This document shows positions 25,499 to 38,538 of a stretch of 64,000 nucleotides of DNA, one piece after another. The stretch's first letter is position 1; each line of letters begins with the position of its first letter. The stretch covers positions 621,210,626 to 621,274,625 of the forward strand of contig NC_058132.1 in assembly GCF_016433145.1 (NCBI RefSeq), written 5' to 3'. The notes under the pieces were generated by a model. The model worked only from the letters and a program-made list of their open reading frames with translations, had not been told where the DNA came from and did no database searches. The position numbers and the translations under genes were made by a program. The DNA comes from Gracilinanus agilis. Its lineage: Eukaryota.

Positions 25499-25702
25499 AG
25501 AATATATGTAAACCTGTATAAACATAACAGTCACCGGTAATCTTATAAAATACATAGTATACAGAATATATGTAAACCTGTATAAATATAAGTCACTGGT
25601 AATCTTATAAAATACATAGTATACAGAATATATGTAAACCTGTATCATAAACATAACAGTCACAGGTAATCCTATAAAATACATAGTATACAGAATATAT
25701 GT
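25499..25702. repeat. Minisatellite, three units of 64, 62 and 67 bp plus a partial fourth
   Basis: Unit agaatatatgtaaacctgtataaacataacagtcaccggtaatcttataaaatacatagtatac starts at 25499, 25563, 25625 and 25692. Confidence 0.95.
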
Positions 25703-26904
25703 CGTGCCCATTCAAATTGCATGCAACAGTCTCAAGATCAAGTAAAAAAGAATACTGAGCATGGAAAGCAATGCCATATACAGTAGGACCTTGTTTTATG
25801 CAATCAATATAATTCCAATACTCTTTGCAAAAATTAAAAAACATGCATAATAGTGAAATCCATTACTTAATAAGTATTTCTTATACTAACCTACCTTAGC
25901 ACTTTATGACTTTTCTTAGGCTTATCAGAGCTACCAGGATCTTTCCTCTTGTACTTTGGGGCCATTATTAGTTTCATTAATTTATTTCATAAATAGCATC
26001 AATGAAACAAAGAGACATGGATATGACCTCTTACAAGCAAGAAATCTGGGCAAAGACTGATGCAGAGGTTAATGCTTGGTGCAAAACAATTTAATTACTC
26101 ACATTCATGCTTCTCAGTGAGAGAATGAGTGTGATTGCATGGACTAACTGCTCTGAGACTTTATGCAGCTTGGGAAAATGGTACAGATTTAGAGCCTAAT
26201 TAAACTTTTTTATTTGAAATATTTTTCAGCCTTTATTTTTTCTAATTGCCAATCGTGTATACCTGAATTCTTGTGGTGAGTTCCCATAAAAGGAGGTCCG
26301 ACTATATAAACAAATTTCATACTAAAGGCCAAGAATGCAGGCTTTGGAAAATATGCTATACATGGCATCAGATATCATCAAATAGAAGCTCACTGGGAGC
26401 AAGACTATTTTAATATTTTTGTCTCTGTATCCTTAGCACCAGTATTATACCTTGCACATATTTGGTATTTAATCATTCCTTTCCAGTCAAATACAGAGAT
26501 CACATATAAACACTTAATGCATTCACATATAAAAATAATATATCTAATGAGCATAATACATTAAAAATTGTTGTAACAGAAACACATAGGACATTTGAAA
26601 TATATAATATCATCTGTTTCAGTGTATCTCAAAGTTTTTTAAATGTAGTCCATCAGTCTTGCACTATTACTGAAGTGTTATAAGTCAGTTTGGGTCCCTC
26701 ACCAGGTAGTCCTAGAATTCTTACATTTACCTGGTGCTATTGGCTCTGCACCCATAGTACCTTCAGACATTCTGATTTACTCCATCCCCCAATTACAAGC
26801 CAAGGTCTGTATTTGATCTTTGCTCCCTTGGGTTCTCACCAACTAGAGTATTAGCCAGAAAAGTGTTGTCTCTCCTCTCCTGTCTTTCCAAAGATGACTT
26901 GTAT

Positions 26905-27097
26905 AACCCTTACCTTCCACCTTAGAATCAGTCCTATGTATTGGTTCCAAGGCAGAAGAGCAGTAAGGGCTAGGCAATGGGGGTTAAGTGACTTGTCCAG
27001 GGTCACACACAGCTAGGAAGTGTCTGAGACCAGATTTAAACATAGGACCTCCCATTTCTAGGTTGGCTTTCAATCCATAGAGCTACCCAGCTGCCCC
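26905..27097 (-). mobile_element. SINE-1_MD-like SINE
   Basis: aacccttaccttcc...ggttccaaggcagaagagcagtaagggctaggcaatgggggttaagtgac...gctacccagctgcccc. Confidence 0.93.
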
Positions 27098-28477
27098 CAA
27101 AAGATCACGTTTAGATAGGAATGACCGTGTTTGGTCCCCTCTGACCCTGGAGGTGTTGTGACTCTTGCCTTGAGCCACAACTTGAAAAGCCCTTTTCATT
27201 CATACCTCAATCTAGAATCTTTCCATATGAGCCAAGAACTCCCTGCATCAGTCTTTCTGCAACTGAGATTATGGACAAGATATTTCCAGAGTTTGCTTGG
27301 CTGTCTACCCTTCATGTTGTTCTGTTGCTTGCTAAGGAATCTAACTAATTCCTTTATGATCAACAGGCAGTTGGAATATATTTATTTTATTGCAGGGCCC
27401 CAACCATCTTCATAAGCTTTACTGGGAGATGTGCCAGTCTTTTAACTACTTGGATGAGGTAGCTCTGATATCTTGTGTTTTCTTAGTCACCTTGCTGGAG
27501 TTCCTGACAGCAAATTTGAGCATTATGTCATCAACTACAGTTATGCTTTCCATAGCACAACTTTCCCCATCCTGGTTTCAACATATCACAAGTCAGCATA
27601 AGAAATTAAATGGGATTTGGGGAGAGTTTTGCAGAAGCTGCAGACAACATGCAAAGGCCAGCAGATAACACAGAAAAGGTTTAGAAACTCAGAAATGCAA
27701 ACTTAGCCCTAAATTTATAATAAAGTATTATGAACACCACACGAAAGAAAAAGAAACAATTCAGACTCCTTCTCTTCTTTGAAAGGGAGGGCCAAAAAAT
27801 TTTACATATATTTTCCAGATCACAGAGAGGCTGGAGGCTGTACACCCTCACTCCCACAATGTAGAAGGGAAAATTCTACTTCCTATCACAGCTTTTCTGA
27901 ACTAAGTCCATACTTGGCTATTCACCCTCCTTTACCCAGACTCTCAGTGAATCTCCTCATCTTCTCCATCTTCCAAAATTCAAAGCACAAATTAATGTAT
28001 AATCATGGCTTATGGCCAAATATCATAAATAATAAAGTAAAGTCAATGGTATAATTTCTTATATTTTCTTTGAAAAAATAGCTTTTTATGGAAATCTTTT
28101 ATTTTTACATTACACAGATTTCCCTGTGAGTCCTTTCATATTCTTCTTCCCAAAGACCCATTTATTATAATTTTTTGAACAAATAAAAAGAGGAAAGAAA
28201 TAAATTTCATTAAAATTGATCAACACATTTAAAAATTCTTATGCTACATGTAATATTCCATATCTATTATGAACCTTAGCCTCTGCAAAGAAGCAAGTGA
28301 CATTTTGTATCATTCCATAGAGTTACCAAATGTAATTCAAAGTCAGAAACCTTCTTCCCCTCTTGTTCAAGGATATTGAAGATCTGAACATGAGCTTTCG
28401 GTGGATTTTCCAAGGTGCCATTGTCTATCTGGCTTCTGCAAGCATGACAACATTATGATCTAGGCATGCTACTCTAT

Positions 28478-28626
28478 NNNNNNNNNNNNNNNNNNNNNNN
28501 NNNNNNNNNNNNNNNNNNNNNNNNNNNNNNNNNNNNNNNNNNNNNNNNNNNNNNNNNNNNNNNNNNNNNNNNNNNNNNNNNNNNNNNNNNNNNNNNNNNN
28601 NNNNNNNNNNNNNNNNNNNNNNNNNN
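28478..28626. other. Assembly gap (149 N)
   Basis: N run. Confidence 0.99.
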
Positions 28627-29019
28627 CAATGTTAGTTCCCTGAGAGCAGAGACTGTTTTTACTTTCTTTTTATCTATGGCACTTAAAACAGTGTCTGGAA
28701 CAAAATAAAATCTTGATAAAAGCATTTTCAAATTCCATGCAAGATGGAAAATGGGGCCTTGAAGCTTCATATTTATCTATATCAATTTTCCTGCAAGTAC
28801 AATAGTCTTTTACCAGCAGATATTTACTAATCACCCATTTTGCGCTTGACACTGTGTTATGTACTACCAATGAATAGATGAAATGAAACAGTCCCTGCCC
28901 TTGATGAGCTTACATTCTACTGGGGGAACTAGCTACATAACTAAATCTCTACAAAAGTAATTTTGAGGAGGAAGGTACTAGTAGCTAGAGGAAGAGATGT
29001 ACCAAAAAGCCCTCATGAA

Positions 29020-29132
29020 ATTCCTAGCTGTGTGACCCTGGGCAAATCACTTAACCCTAATTGCATAGCCCTTGCTGCTTTCCTATCTTAGAATTGATAC
29101 TAAGACAGAAAGTAAGGTTTTTTTTAAAAAAA
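29020..29132 (+). mobile_element. Truncated marsupial SINE
   Basis: agctgtgtgaccctgggcaaatcacttaaccc...ctaagacagaaagtaagg. Confidence 0.85.
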
Positions 29133-30169
29133 GGAAATATCTCATGTAAAAGGCAATGCATGAACCAAGCTTTGAAGGAAAATGGGGATTCTAAAAGGCA
29201 GAGGTGTAGAGGAAGCATTTTCTAAGCATAAGGGCACAGACAGTACAAAGGCACACACATGGGAGATGGAGTGTCTTATGATCAGGAATTGTAAGACAGC
29301 CAATTTGGCTCAAAGAGTCCATTAATAATGTATAACAAACCAGGAAAGGGAGGTATGTGAAGTATGGAGGAGCATCACTGCAGTGGCCCATCCTAGACAA
29401 AACTCACAGTGTTCCTGATTTGGTGAACAAGGATATCCTTATTTTCTTAACTCCCTCCAGAGTGAATCCCTTGAATTTATACCAGCAGGCTATAGTCTGG
29501 AAGACAGGGCTCCATCCTTATCTTTTGCTACTCTATCCGGAGTTGCCGAAGGCAAGGCTATTGCTGTATCATGGAGGTCTTAGAAGAATGGAATCCCAAC
29601 ATAAAATGCTGCAGGTGATGGTCTCAGCCTGTTCCTCACTTAATCCTTAATGTATTCTTCTGCCAGGACCACTTTGTACTTCCTCACCTTCTTTTGCACA
29701 GTAGGAGGCATAAAAATGATTTCCACACAATCCAATTAGCAATCATCTCTTCAGGGATGCTGGAACATTCTGCTGTTTCAGGAAGTCCATGTGACACAAT
29801 CACCTAGCATTTATTATCTACTCTGTGCCAGGCATACAGTTATGACTTCTTTCTTCCTATATGCACAGAATAGCATGCGGCCTCTATAATATCATCATCT
29901 CTTTGGACAATGGACACTCTGAAAACTAATAATCCCTCATGTGAGACAGGTTCCACCACTGAACAGCAAATCTCTAATTAGTGAACACTCATGGTAAATC
30001 ATAGATTCAAGGAACAACATCCAATTCAATTCTGTCATTTTTATCAATACCAAAAATATTGTCAATTCAGACATGCAATGGGCAATATAAAGTCATCATT
30101 TAACTATAATATTCAATTATCTAAGATTTCAATACATCAGCAATATATCACAGCAGAATGGCAATTTTT

Positions 30170-30680
30170 AAAATTTATTTTTATTTTTTCAGTTACATGT
30201 ATAAACGATTTTTGATGGTTGTTTTCTGGCATCTTGGAATTCAGATTTTTTTCTCCCTTTGTACTCTCCACCCACCTTCCTTGAAGTGTTAAATAGTCTA
30301 AAATAAGTTATACCTGTGCTTTCATGCAATCCATATTTTCCTATTGCTCATGCTGTGATAGAAGACACATACATATCACACATACAATTAATGTTTCATG
30401 AAGGAAATAAAGTGGAAGATGGCAAGCTTTGATCTGCACTCAGAATCCAACAGTTCTTTCTTTGTCTGTGGATAACATTTTCATCCTGAGTCCCTTGTGG
30501 TTATTTTGGAGACTGACTTTGCTGATAATGGTTTAGTCCTTCACAGTTGATCATCATATAATATTTCTATTGCTGTTTACATTGTTCTCCTGATTCTGCT
30601 CACTTCAATTTACATCCATTCATATAAGTACTTTCAGGTTTTTATGAACTCACCCTTTTCAACATTTCTTATGACACAAA
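30170..30680 (-). mobile_element. L1 3'UTR, older subfamily
   Basis: ttcacagttgatcatcat...ttctgctcacttc...ttcatataagt, typical reversed marsupial L1 3'UTR. Confidence 0.75.
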
Positions 30681-31079
30681 TACCTCACATATGGCTATTT
30701 TGAATCAATTAATCTGGTCAACACAAGTGTCAGTAGGAAAAAATTTTGAGGGTTAATTAAAGCCTAGAAAAAATCTTTTAAAAATCTTCAGTACATGATA
30801 GTATTTCTAGAGAAAAAAAAAACCTTCACTTGATCCAATATCCAAAGCAGTCTTGTTGAAAAGAGCAAACAATTCAACAAATTTTAAAAATAATATTTTT
30901 TCAGGTTCAAAAGTGGGGACATCTGAAATCTAACCCAGATTCAAAGTATTCTAAGAGTTTAATCTCAGTTCAAATTAATGCTCTTAGTCTTTATTTCCTC
31001 TTTGTGATTGTGCCAATGGTCAAAACCAAATTAAGCATACAACAATGAAACAAAACAAATGACAACCACTTGAAATCAA

Positions 31080-31529
31080 AGGCAATATAATAAACAAATG
31101 GCAAAATTTATTAGGAGATAATCATCAGCTATCCAAGCAATATAAGGAATTGAAGTATATTGAAGATTAAGATCCATTCCCCAATGGATAGCTCAAATTA
31201 TATGAAGTAAAAGTTCTTAAAAGAATTGGGAATGTTAAACAGTCATATGAAAGACAATATGGGAGAGATTAGGTCTAGATCAACATCTCACACCCTACAC
31301 CAAGATAAATTCAGAATGGGTGAATGACTTGAATATAAAGAGGGAAACTATAAATAAGTTAAGTGAACACAGAATAGTATACTTGTCAGATCTCTGGGAA
31401 AGAAAGACTTTAAAACAAAGCAAGAGTTAGAGAAAATTACAAAATGTAAATTAAATGGTTTTGATTATATTAAACTAAAAAGCTTTAGTACAAACAAAAA
31501 CAATGTAGTCAAAATCAGAAGGGAAACAA
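31080..31529 (+). mobile_element. L1 ORF2 sequence (older piece, then a younger piece from about 31255), cut by the gap
   Basis: gatcaacatctcacaccctacaccaagataaattcagaatgggtgaatgacttgaatataaag. Confidence 0.88.
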
Positions 31530-31858
31530 NNNNNNNNNNNNNNNNNNNNNNNNNNNNNNNNNNNNNNNNNNNNNNNNNNNNNNNNNNNNNNNNNNNNNNN
31601 NNNNNNNNNNNNNNNNNNNNNNNNNNNNNNNNNNNNNNNNNNNNNNNNNNNNNNNNNNNNNNNNNNNNNNNNNNNNNNNNNNNNNNNNNNNNNNNNNNNN
31701 NNNNNNNNNNNNNNNNNNNNNNNNNNNNNNNNNNNNNNNNNNNNNNNNNNNNNNNNNNNNNNNNNNNNNNNNNNNNNNNNNNNNNNNNNNNNNNNNNNNN
31801 NNNNNNNNNNNNNNNNNNNNNNNNNNNNNNNNNNNNNNNNNNNNNNNNNNNNNNNNNN
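31530..31858. other. Assembly gap (329 N)
   Basis: N run. Confidence 0.99.
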
Positions 31859-31942
31859 AGAGGAGAGGAGAGGAGAGGAGAGGAGAGGAGAGGAGAGGAG
31901 AGGAGAGGAGAGGAGAGGAGAGGAGAGGAGAGGAGAGGAGAG
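31859..31942. repeat. (AGAGG)n pentanucleotide repeat
   Basis: Direct reading; source of the LLSSP ORF. Confidence 0.98.
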
Positions 31943-32109
31943 TTTTGTGATATGAAGTCCTACACTCCTACTCAACCACATTTATAAAAACAGAGAAAAT
32001 CATTTTTGAGTATTCATTATCTAAAATGACTTTTGTGTCATCCCAACCCTACAATAATGTTGAAACTTAAAAGGTCATTGTGCCTGAATATGAACAAAAT
32101 TCACAATAA

Positions 32110-32285
32110 TGTAGCCATTTGATCCTCATGACAGTCTTCTAAAGTGAGTAAAATTACTATTACTATAAACATCATTATCACTTTATAGATGAGGAAAATG
32201 AGGGCTCAGAGGTCACACAACTGGTGCCTGAGACAGGATTCAAACCCAGACCTTCATAGCTCCAGGTCTATTCTACCACTGTCCC
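32110..32285 (-). mobile_element. MIR fragment
   Basis: tttatagatgaggaaaatgagggctcagaggtcacac...ggattcaaaccc. Confidence 0.75.
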
Positions 32286-33149
32286 ATTCTGACTCTCACA
32301 TACATGATTGTGTTATAGTATGCTTGCTCACATGTGTATCCTTGTATGTATTGAGGGAGACAATTATGTTTCTATTATTTTAGTCACAAAATCTTTCATT
32401 TTACCTTCTGAAAATAGTTTATAACAGTTGTGTATTTTTCATAATTTATAACCCAATTCTCTTTCCTCTGATTTTGGGAAGAACAGGGGATATTTTATCA
32501 TTTTCCTGAAGTTCCAATAGAAGTCGATCTCTTGAGGCAATGCCACTTGTCCCTTCTTTTCTTCTCCTGGGAATCTTTTTAACAGTAGGATTCTAAAGTA
32601 TAGTCAATACTTCTCTTCTCACATTACCAGAGCTCTTTATATAACCTCCCCTTACTTGTTCACTGACCTTGGTTATTTGTGGAAATTCCCCTTACCGCCT
32701 ATTTATCCTGCCAATGTTTTCTCCGTGCTGTCCCCTAAAGTGTTCTCATCCCTAAATAGATTCTCCTCCCACTTCATATCTTCTTCTTCATGGCTTCTCT
32801 CTGCAACTTCCACTCCCTGAAAGGGCTTCCTTCATAGCCTTTCTTATTATTCCTCCCCAGCTGCCTTAGCCCCCTTCCTGCTAGCCCACTTTCTCATTTT
32901 CACACCTCTTTTCGAACTCCGCTCCCTGTCTTTTGTTCATTGCCCCTATTGATGAGCAGATGGTTTGAAAATGAACTTCTCTTACTTTACATCTCAGCAT
33001 TTCTCTATTTTCTCACTGTCTTTTTCTCAATGTATGTTAGTTTCATAATATTATAGGGAGGTGATGGGATACCAAGGAGCAACCACTGACTAAACAATGT
33101 GGAGGTAGAAGCAAGTCAAATACCTCCCACCAAAGACATTACTCTTACA

Positions 33150-33150
<1 letters not shown>

Positions 33151-33186
<36 letters not shown>
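33151..33186. repeat. (CA)n microsatellite
   Basis: Direct reading. Confidence 0.97.
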
Positions 33187-33187
<1 letters not shown>

Positions 33188-35252
33188 CAAACAATCACCT
33201 TACAGTCATCTCTCTAAGTTACTGGTCCTTATTGATAGAGGGTAATTTTTCATCATGCTAATAAAAAGCACCGATTCAGTTCCATGCTAAATAGCCATTA
33301 TGGTTATTCACTTCCTATCTATGCTCTCAGGTATAAAATAGGTGTTTCTTCTAAAATTGGAGCTTCCTCTGCTATTCATGAAGAGGATAATCTCCTGTTC
33401 CAAACAGCTTTTTGTGTTTGTTCTACTTTTTATCTGCAAGGCACAGGGGCGAGTTCATCAAATTTTCTTCACTGTCCTTTTGAAATTTTGAGCTGCAGGC
33501 ACATCTTCCACAAGAATTCCTAGGCCTGCTTACAAGACTTGGTAGGTTAGGGTCTAGGAATTAAAAAGTCTTGACCTGCATGGTTTTCTTTTTCATAAAC
33601 TAGATTTCCTAGCAGTAACAAAAAGAAATTTTGGCACTGACCTATCTCAGACCATCATTTGATTTCATGAAAATTTTAAAAACTGCAGAAGCTGCATCCG
33701 TAGAGTCTTCCCTGTTTATATTAATTATTCGTACCCTTAGTGATGTCCTTGGGCATACCTCTTCTCTCCTGCCTATGCTTGGTTTAAATTATTCCCTGTT
33801 TTCCTATTTTTCTAATATCATCCATACCTCACTGCAGATGTTATTCAGGGTCTTTTTTGAATGCCTCGTGTCTGTTTCCCCCACTCCTCCCACACTGCTT
33901 TAAATCTGCTTTCCCTCCAATAATCCTCTTTTATTTCTCTCACCTCATTATATTGACTTTTCATTCTCTCTCAGAAGCTTTGTGGCACTTATAGGCTGCC
34001 TATATAATTTAACACTTGATCATATACAGGTTTGTATTGTTCACTAGTTATTTTATGCCCATCTTATCTCCCCTACCATATTGTCAGCCCCTCAAGGGTA
34101 GTAGGTAGTAGGTAGTAGTTGTCTCATATCTGTCATTCCTCTACCGATGCCTGATACAATACTGGACACACAATTAGTGTTTAATTAATATCGTTAACTT
34201 GTGAGTCCTCTGATGATATATATCCCTTGGAAAAATCAATTATTCTCAATTACACTCTCCCTTTCATTTTCTTCTCTGCCTACTTATTATGTGACTTGTC
34301 TCTCTGTAGTACATATGAAGATATAGAAGCAGCAAGTATATGCTGCCCCCCCCAACAACAAAGGCAATTCTCCCCACGCCTTTCAGGCAACTCTCTCAGC
34401 TATATATTAGCTACTTTTATTGTTGGTCCTTGCCAGAGGCATAGTAGTCTCCTTGATTCTAGGGGGCAAGACTAGGAATCTGAAGGAGAAGAATAATAAG
34501 GAACATCAAAGGGCTGGCCAATTCAACTGAATGGAATAAAGATTTATTAGGCACCTACTCTGCCCAAGGCTTGGTACTACATTGGGGGGCTGGACACAAA
34601 AAAACAAAAAGAAAGCAGTCCTTGCTCTAGAGGGGCTTCCATTCTAGGGTACTAACCATTGGAATCCCTAGAACCATACACTCTAGTACCCAAAAAAGAA
34701 GATGATGTGCTCCTGTTAAAGTTTGAAACTGCTGAGACCCATGTATCCCCCAGGAGAATCACAAAATGAAGATCATTTCATGCAATCCTTTTATCTTAGA
34801 GATGAGGAAAACTAAGAGTTGCAAAAGAAAATAAGTGACTTGGCCAACATCTCACAGTCACTAATGGTAGAATCAAGACTCAAACTCAGACTTCTATGAA
34901 AAATTTACATTTTCTGATATCATCTTCTCATGCTTCAGAGTGACAAGAGATAGTTCTGAGGATCTTAAGATTTTGACAACAGAATACAAGCTCTGGGTGG
35001 TTCTACCACACTGGAAAACTTTGAGGACTGGTGAGCAGAGGACCATCCTTCCCCTGAGGACCAGTCTTGCTAAGTTTTGAGTGAATATTCACCAGTTGAG
35101 ATATTGGAGAATGGATTTTTTCCTGGCATTTTAGTTTATAAGAGCCATCTACTGAGGCCCAGAAACGTTATAATCTTCATTCATGAAGGGAGGGATGATA
35201 AGCAACCTCCAGCATCATGGCTCTGAACTTACTTCCATGTGTCTGGACAATA

Positions 35253-35399
35253 NNNNNNNNNNNNNNNNNNNNNNNNNNNNNNNNNNNNNNNNNNNNNNNN
35301 NNNNNNNNNNNNNNNNNNNNNNNNNNNNNNNNNNNNNNNNNNNNNNNNNNNNNNNNNNNNNNNNNNNNNNNNNNNNNNNNNNNNNNNNNNNNNNNNNNN
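35253..35399. other. Assembly gap (147 N)
   Basis: N run. Confidence 0.99.
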
Positions 35400-35469
35400 A
35401 ATTATAGTCAATTACAATCTCACTTTCATTTCCTTCTCTGTCAACTTATTATGTGTCTCATCTCTCTTA

Positions 35470-35680
35470 ATATATATGTGTATTAAAATATATATAATAT
35501 AAAGGTATAGAGGAAACAGCTTGCTATTGCCTTTATAGTTCATGTATATGTACATATATACATGCATACATATATAGTTTATATATACATATAAGTACAG
35601 TATATGTGAATGTATCTAAACTGATATGTACATATTATATATGAATATATAGTACATTGTGTGTATTATATATATAAAAC
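35470..35680. repeat. AT-rich low-complexity (TA/TG/CA) region
   Basis: Imperfect atat/gtat/acat repeats. Confidence 0.8.
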
Positions 35681-36766
35681 TAGTCTGCCTATTTCTTCTA
35701 CCCCTAGACCAAGTTCTGACCCTTCCATATGCCCACCCTTTCATCTCCCATTGAACTATTTTGCATATATTTGTATCTATTTATTTTTTGCTGTATATTT
35801 TTACATGTACTTGTTTGATATTTCTTCCATTAGAATGAAGGCTCCTGGTGAGTGGAGATTGTTTCATCCTTTGTTTTTGTAAGTTCAGGATCTAACAAAG
35901 TCCCTGGCACAGAGAAGGTGGTTAATAAATGCTTCCTTATTTGGTTAATTGTCCATGGAATTTTTCTGAACTCAATAGAAACTGAGTTCTAAATTCTCTT
36001 ATTCCCTTTCCCCTCCCTACCTCTCCAATGAAAATGCAAGAAAAATGATGCCCATTATTCATATTTATCATGATCTTTTAGACAGACTGTCAATATATCC
36101 ATTAGGGAAGATCATAATCTTCAACAGAATAAGTCAACAAAAGTCAACAAAACTTTTGAAATGAAGAGGAGAAAAGTACTTGAGAAAGTGTCATTCATAT
36201 GAACAACATAACAAAAAACTAATTGTTAAATAAAGCTAATTTTAAAAATAATTATTCTTAAGACCACATATTTATATCTCTAAAGGACTCTAGAAGTCAT
36301 TTAGTACAACCTTCTCATTTTATAGATGAGAAAACAGGTCTGGAGAAGTAAAATTACTTGCCCAGGGTAACACAGGTAGTAAGTATTGTCATAATGTGAA
36401 CCCTTGTTCTCTAAATATGAAATATTCTTTCTATCATATCATGCTGAAGAGCATGTAAAAAGAGTTTGATAACTAGAGTTCTTTGTAGGGTGAGAGAATA
36501 TCTGCCTTATTTGCAGAATATGGAAAAATAAGTTGCAAAATACCCCAAAATTTCCACTTAGCAAGAAATAAACACAAATTTGAATTTAGTAGTTACATAG
36601 TGAGGAAATCATTCTGTTCTCAGCATCTCATAAGTATTTTCATTCAGTTCAATTAAGCAGTCATTAAATGCCCAAGGCATTTCCCCCTTCCATTTCAAAG
36701 GATTTTTTTAAAAAATCAGGTCCCTTGTTCTACTGAAGAATATCATCCTCCCTAATCAATAGATAG

Positions 36767-37015
36767 ATGGTCTGTCTAAAAAATTATGATAAATATGTAT
36801 AACAGTATCATATTTCTTGCCTTCTTACTGAGTGGAGGGGGATGGTGAAGGAGGAAGAGAATTTAGAACTCAACTACAGAGAAAGAATTGATCAATAGAA
36901 ATACAGAAGACATAATTATAAAAATATGTGTATATATATATGTATATATACAAATCTTTTTTGTCAAACGAGGCATTTTCTCGTTGGGGAAGAAGGAGAA
37001 AGAAGTTACCTGGGT
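36767..37015 (+). mobile_element. L1 3'UTR-like segment, copy 1 of a local pair
   Basis: atcatatttcttgccttctt...gagaatttagaactcaa; closely matches 37994-38228. Confidence 0.7.
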
Positions 37016-37107
37016 GTTTTAATGTAGCAAATAAACAAATGAAAAATAAATTAACTTTTTAAAAAAAGATTTTAGAGGCAAAAATGTTTTTAAAAGATTA
37101 AAATAAG

Positions 37108-37283
37108 TACAGCTAGGTAGTACAGTGGATAGAGCACCAAGCCTGGAGTCAGAAGAACCTGGGGTCAAATATGGCTTCAGACACTTCCTATGTGACCCTA
37201 GGCAAGTCACTTATCCCCAACTTCCTGGCTTTTTCCACTCTTCTCTTAGAAATGATGCTGACAGAAGGGGAGGATTTTTTTAA
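37108..37283 (+). mobile_element. Marsupial SINE
   Basis: cagctaggtagtacagtggatagagcaccaagcctggagtcagaag...ggcaagtcactt. Confidence 0.85.
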
Positions 37284-37993
37284 ATCAATAAAAATATCAA
37301 ACAGAGCCTTGGTCTGACTTCAAAGAGTAGATGGCAAGCTAATGAAGCATCCCATGCAAGAAATATCTCTCCTAATAATCCTAACTTTAAATATTGGTGA
37401 CTTCCTCAGTGTGTTTCAAACGAATTGGATGGATGAAGGATCCTAGACTTGAACTGAGCCCAACTTCTCCCTCTTCACCCCATCATCCTATATTCCCAAC
37501 CTCATCAGCCTCAAAGTTGTGAGTAGAGGGAGAGTGGAAATACATTTTAAACTAGTGGGCTCTTCTACCTTTCCTAGATTCTACCATATCCCTTCCCCCT
37601 CACAATCCTCTCCTGTTTCTATTTCTTGGAGATTGTCTTAGAAGCCTTCTATACTGGGATTAATGTCCTCCTACTCTTTGCCCTTTCCTTTCCTTAGTTT
37701 TCCTAGCTGCGTTTCCTCCCCCTCCTTTCCTCCTCCATAATTCTCAGACAAGGCCATTTCATCTGAAATAGGCTAACCCTGTCTCTTTTACAAAGAAGGA
37801 AGTATCTTCCCCCAGCTGTTTTTAAAAATCTTGACCCTGCTTGGAATTTATTTTCTTTTTTATCTTTTTTGTAAATCCATCTACCTTCCCACTCCTTTTT
37901 GGTTCCTCTCCTCTTCTCTTACAACCTTAAGTGTTTAACTACATTCCATTAGGCAGATGTTACATGATTGGTATTTTTGTCTTGATCCACTGA

Positions 37994-38228
37994 ATGGTCT
38001 GTCTGAAAGATTAGGATAAATATGTATAATCAGTATCATATTTCTTGCCTTCTTAATGAGTGGAGGGAGATGGTAGAAGGAGTAAGAGAATTTGGAACTC
38101 AACTACAGAAAGAACTGATCAATAGCAATAAGCAAGACATAGTTTTGAATATACGTTTTGTTGTTGTTGTTGTTAAATGATGCCTTCTCTATTTGGGGAA
38201 GAGGAGGAAGGAAAGGAGTTACCTGGGT
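37994..38228 (+). mobile_element. L1 3'UTR-like segment, copy 2 of a local pair
   Basis: Same start (atggtctgtct) and end (gttacctgggt) as copy 1. Confidence 0.7.
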
Positions 38229-38340
38229 ACTTATTTCCTTTTTTTGAGCAATGTTGTATGTCCTTTCTTCTTCAGAGCTTATACACCTATCTCATTTTTA
38301 TAGAAACATTGCCATTCCCTCCTCATCCTACACACAATTC

Positions 38341-38538
38341 TTTTTTAAACCATCATCTTCTATATCAGAATCAATTCTTAGTATCAAGTGTAAGCCAGAA
38401 GAACAGTATGGGCTAGATAATTTGGATTAAGTGATTTGCCCAAGGTCACACAACTAAAAAGTGTCTGAAACCAGATTTTAATCCAGATCCTCCTAACTCA
38501 AGGCCTGGCACTCTATCCACTGTGTTACCTAAGTCCCC
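38341..38538 (-). mobile_element. Marsupial SINE
   Basis: ccaaggtcacacaac...gtgtctgaaaccagattt...ggcctggcactctatccactg. Confidence 0.85.

Noticed and set aside
25499-25702. CRISPR-like periodicity
   Set aside because: Whole units repeat with no unique spacers, there are no cas genes, and the context is eukaryotic
29357-29650. 97-aa ORF with a strong internal acceptor (ttcttaactccctccag)
   Set aside because: No recognisable homology in any frame and no linked exons; cannot be distinguished from chance
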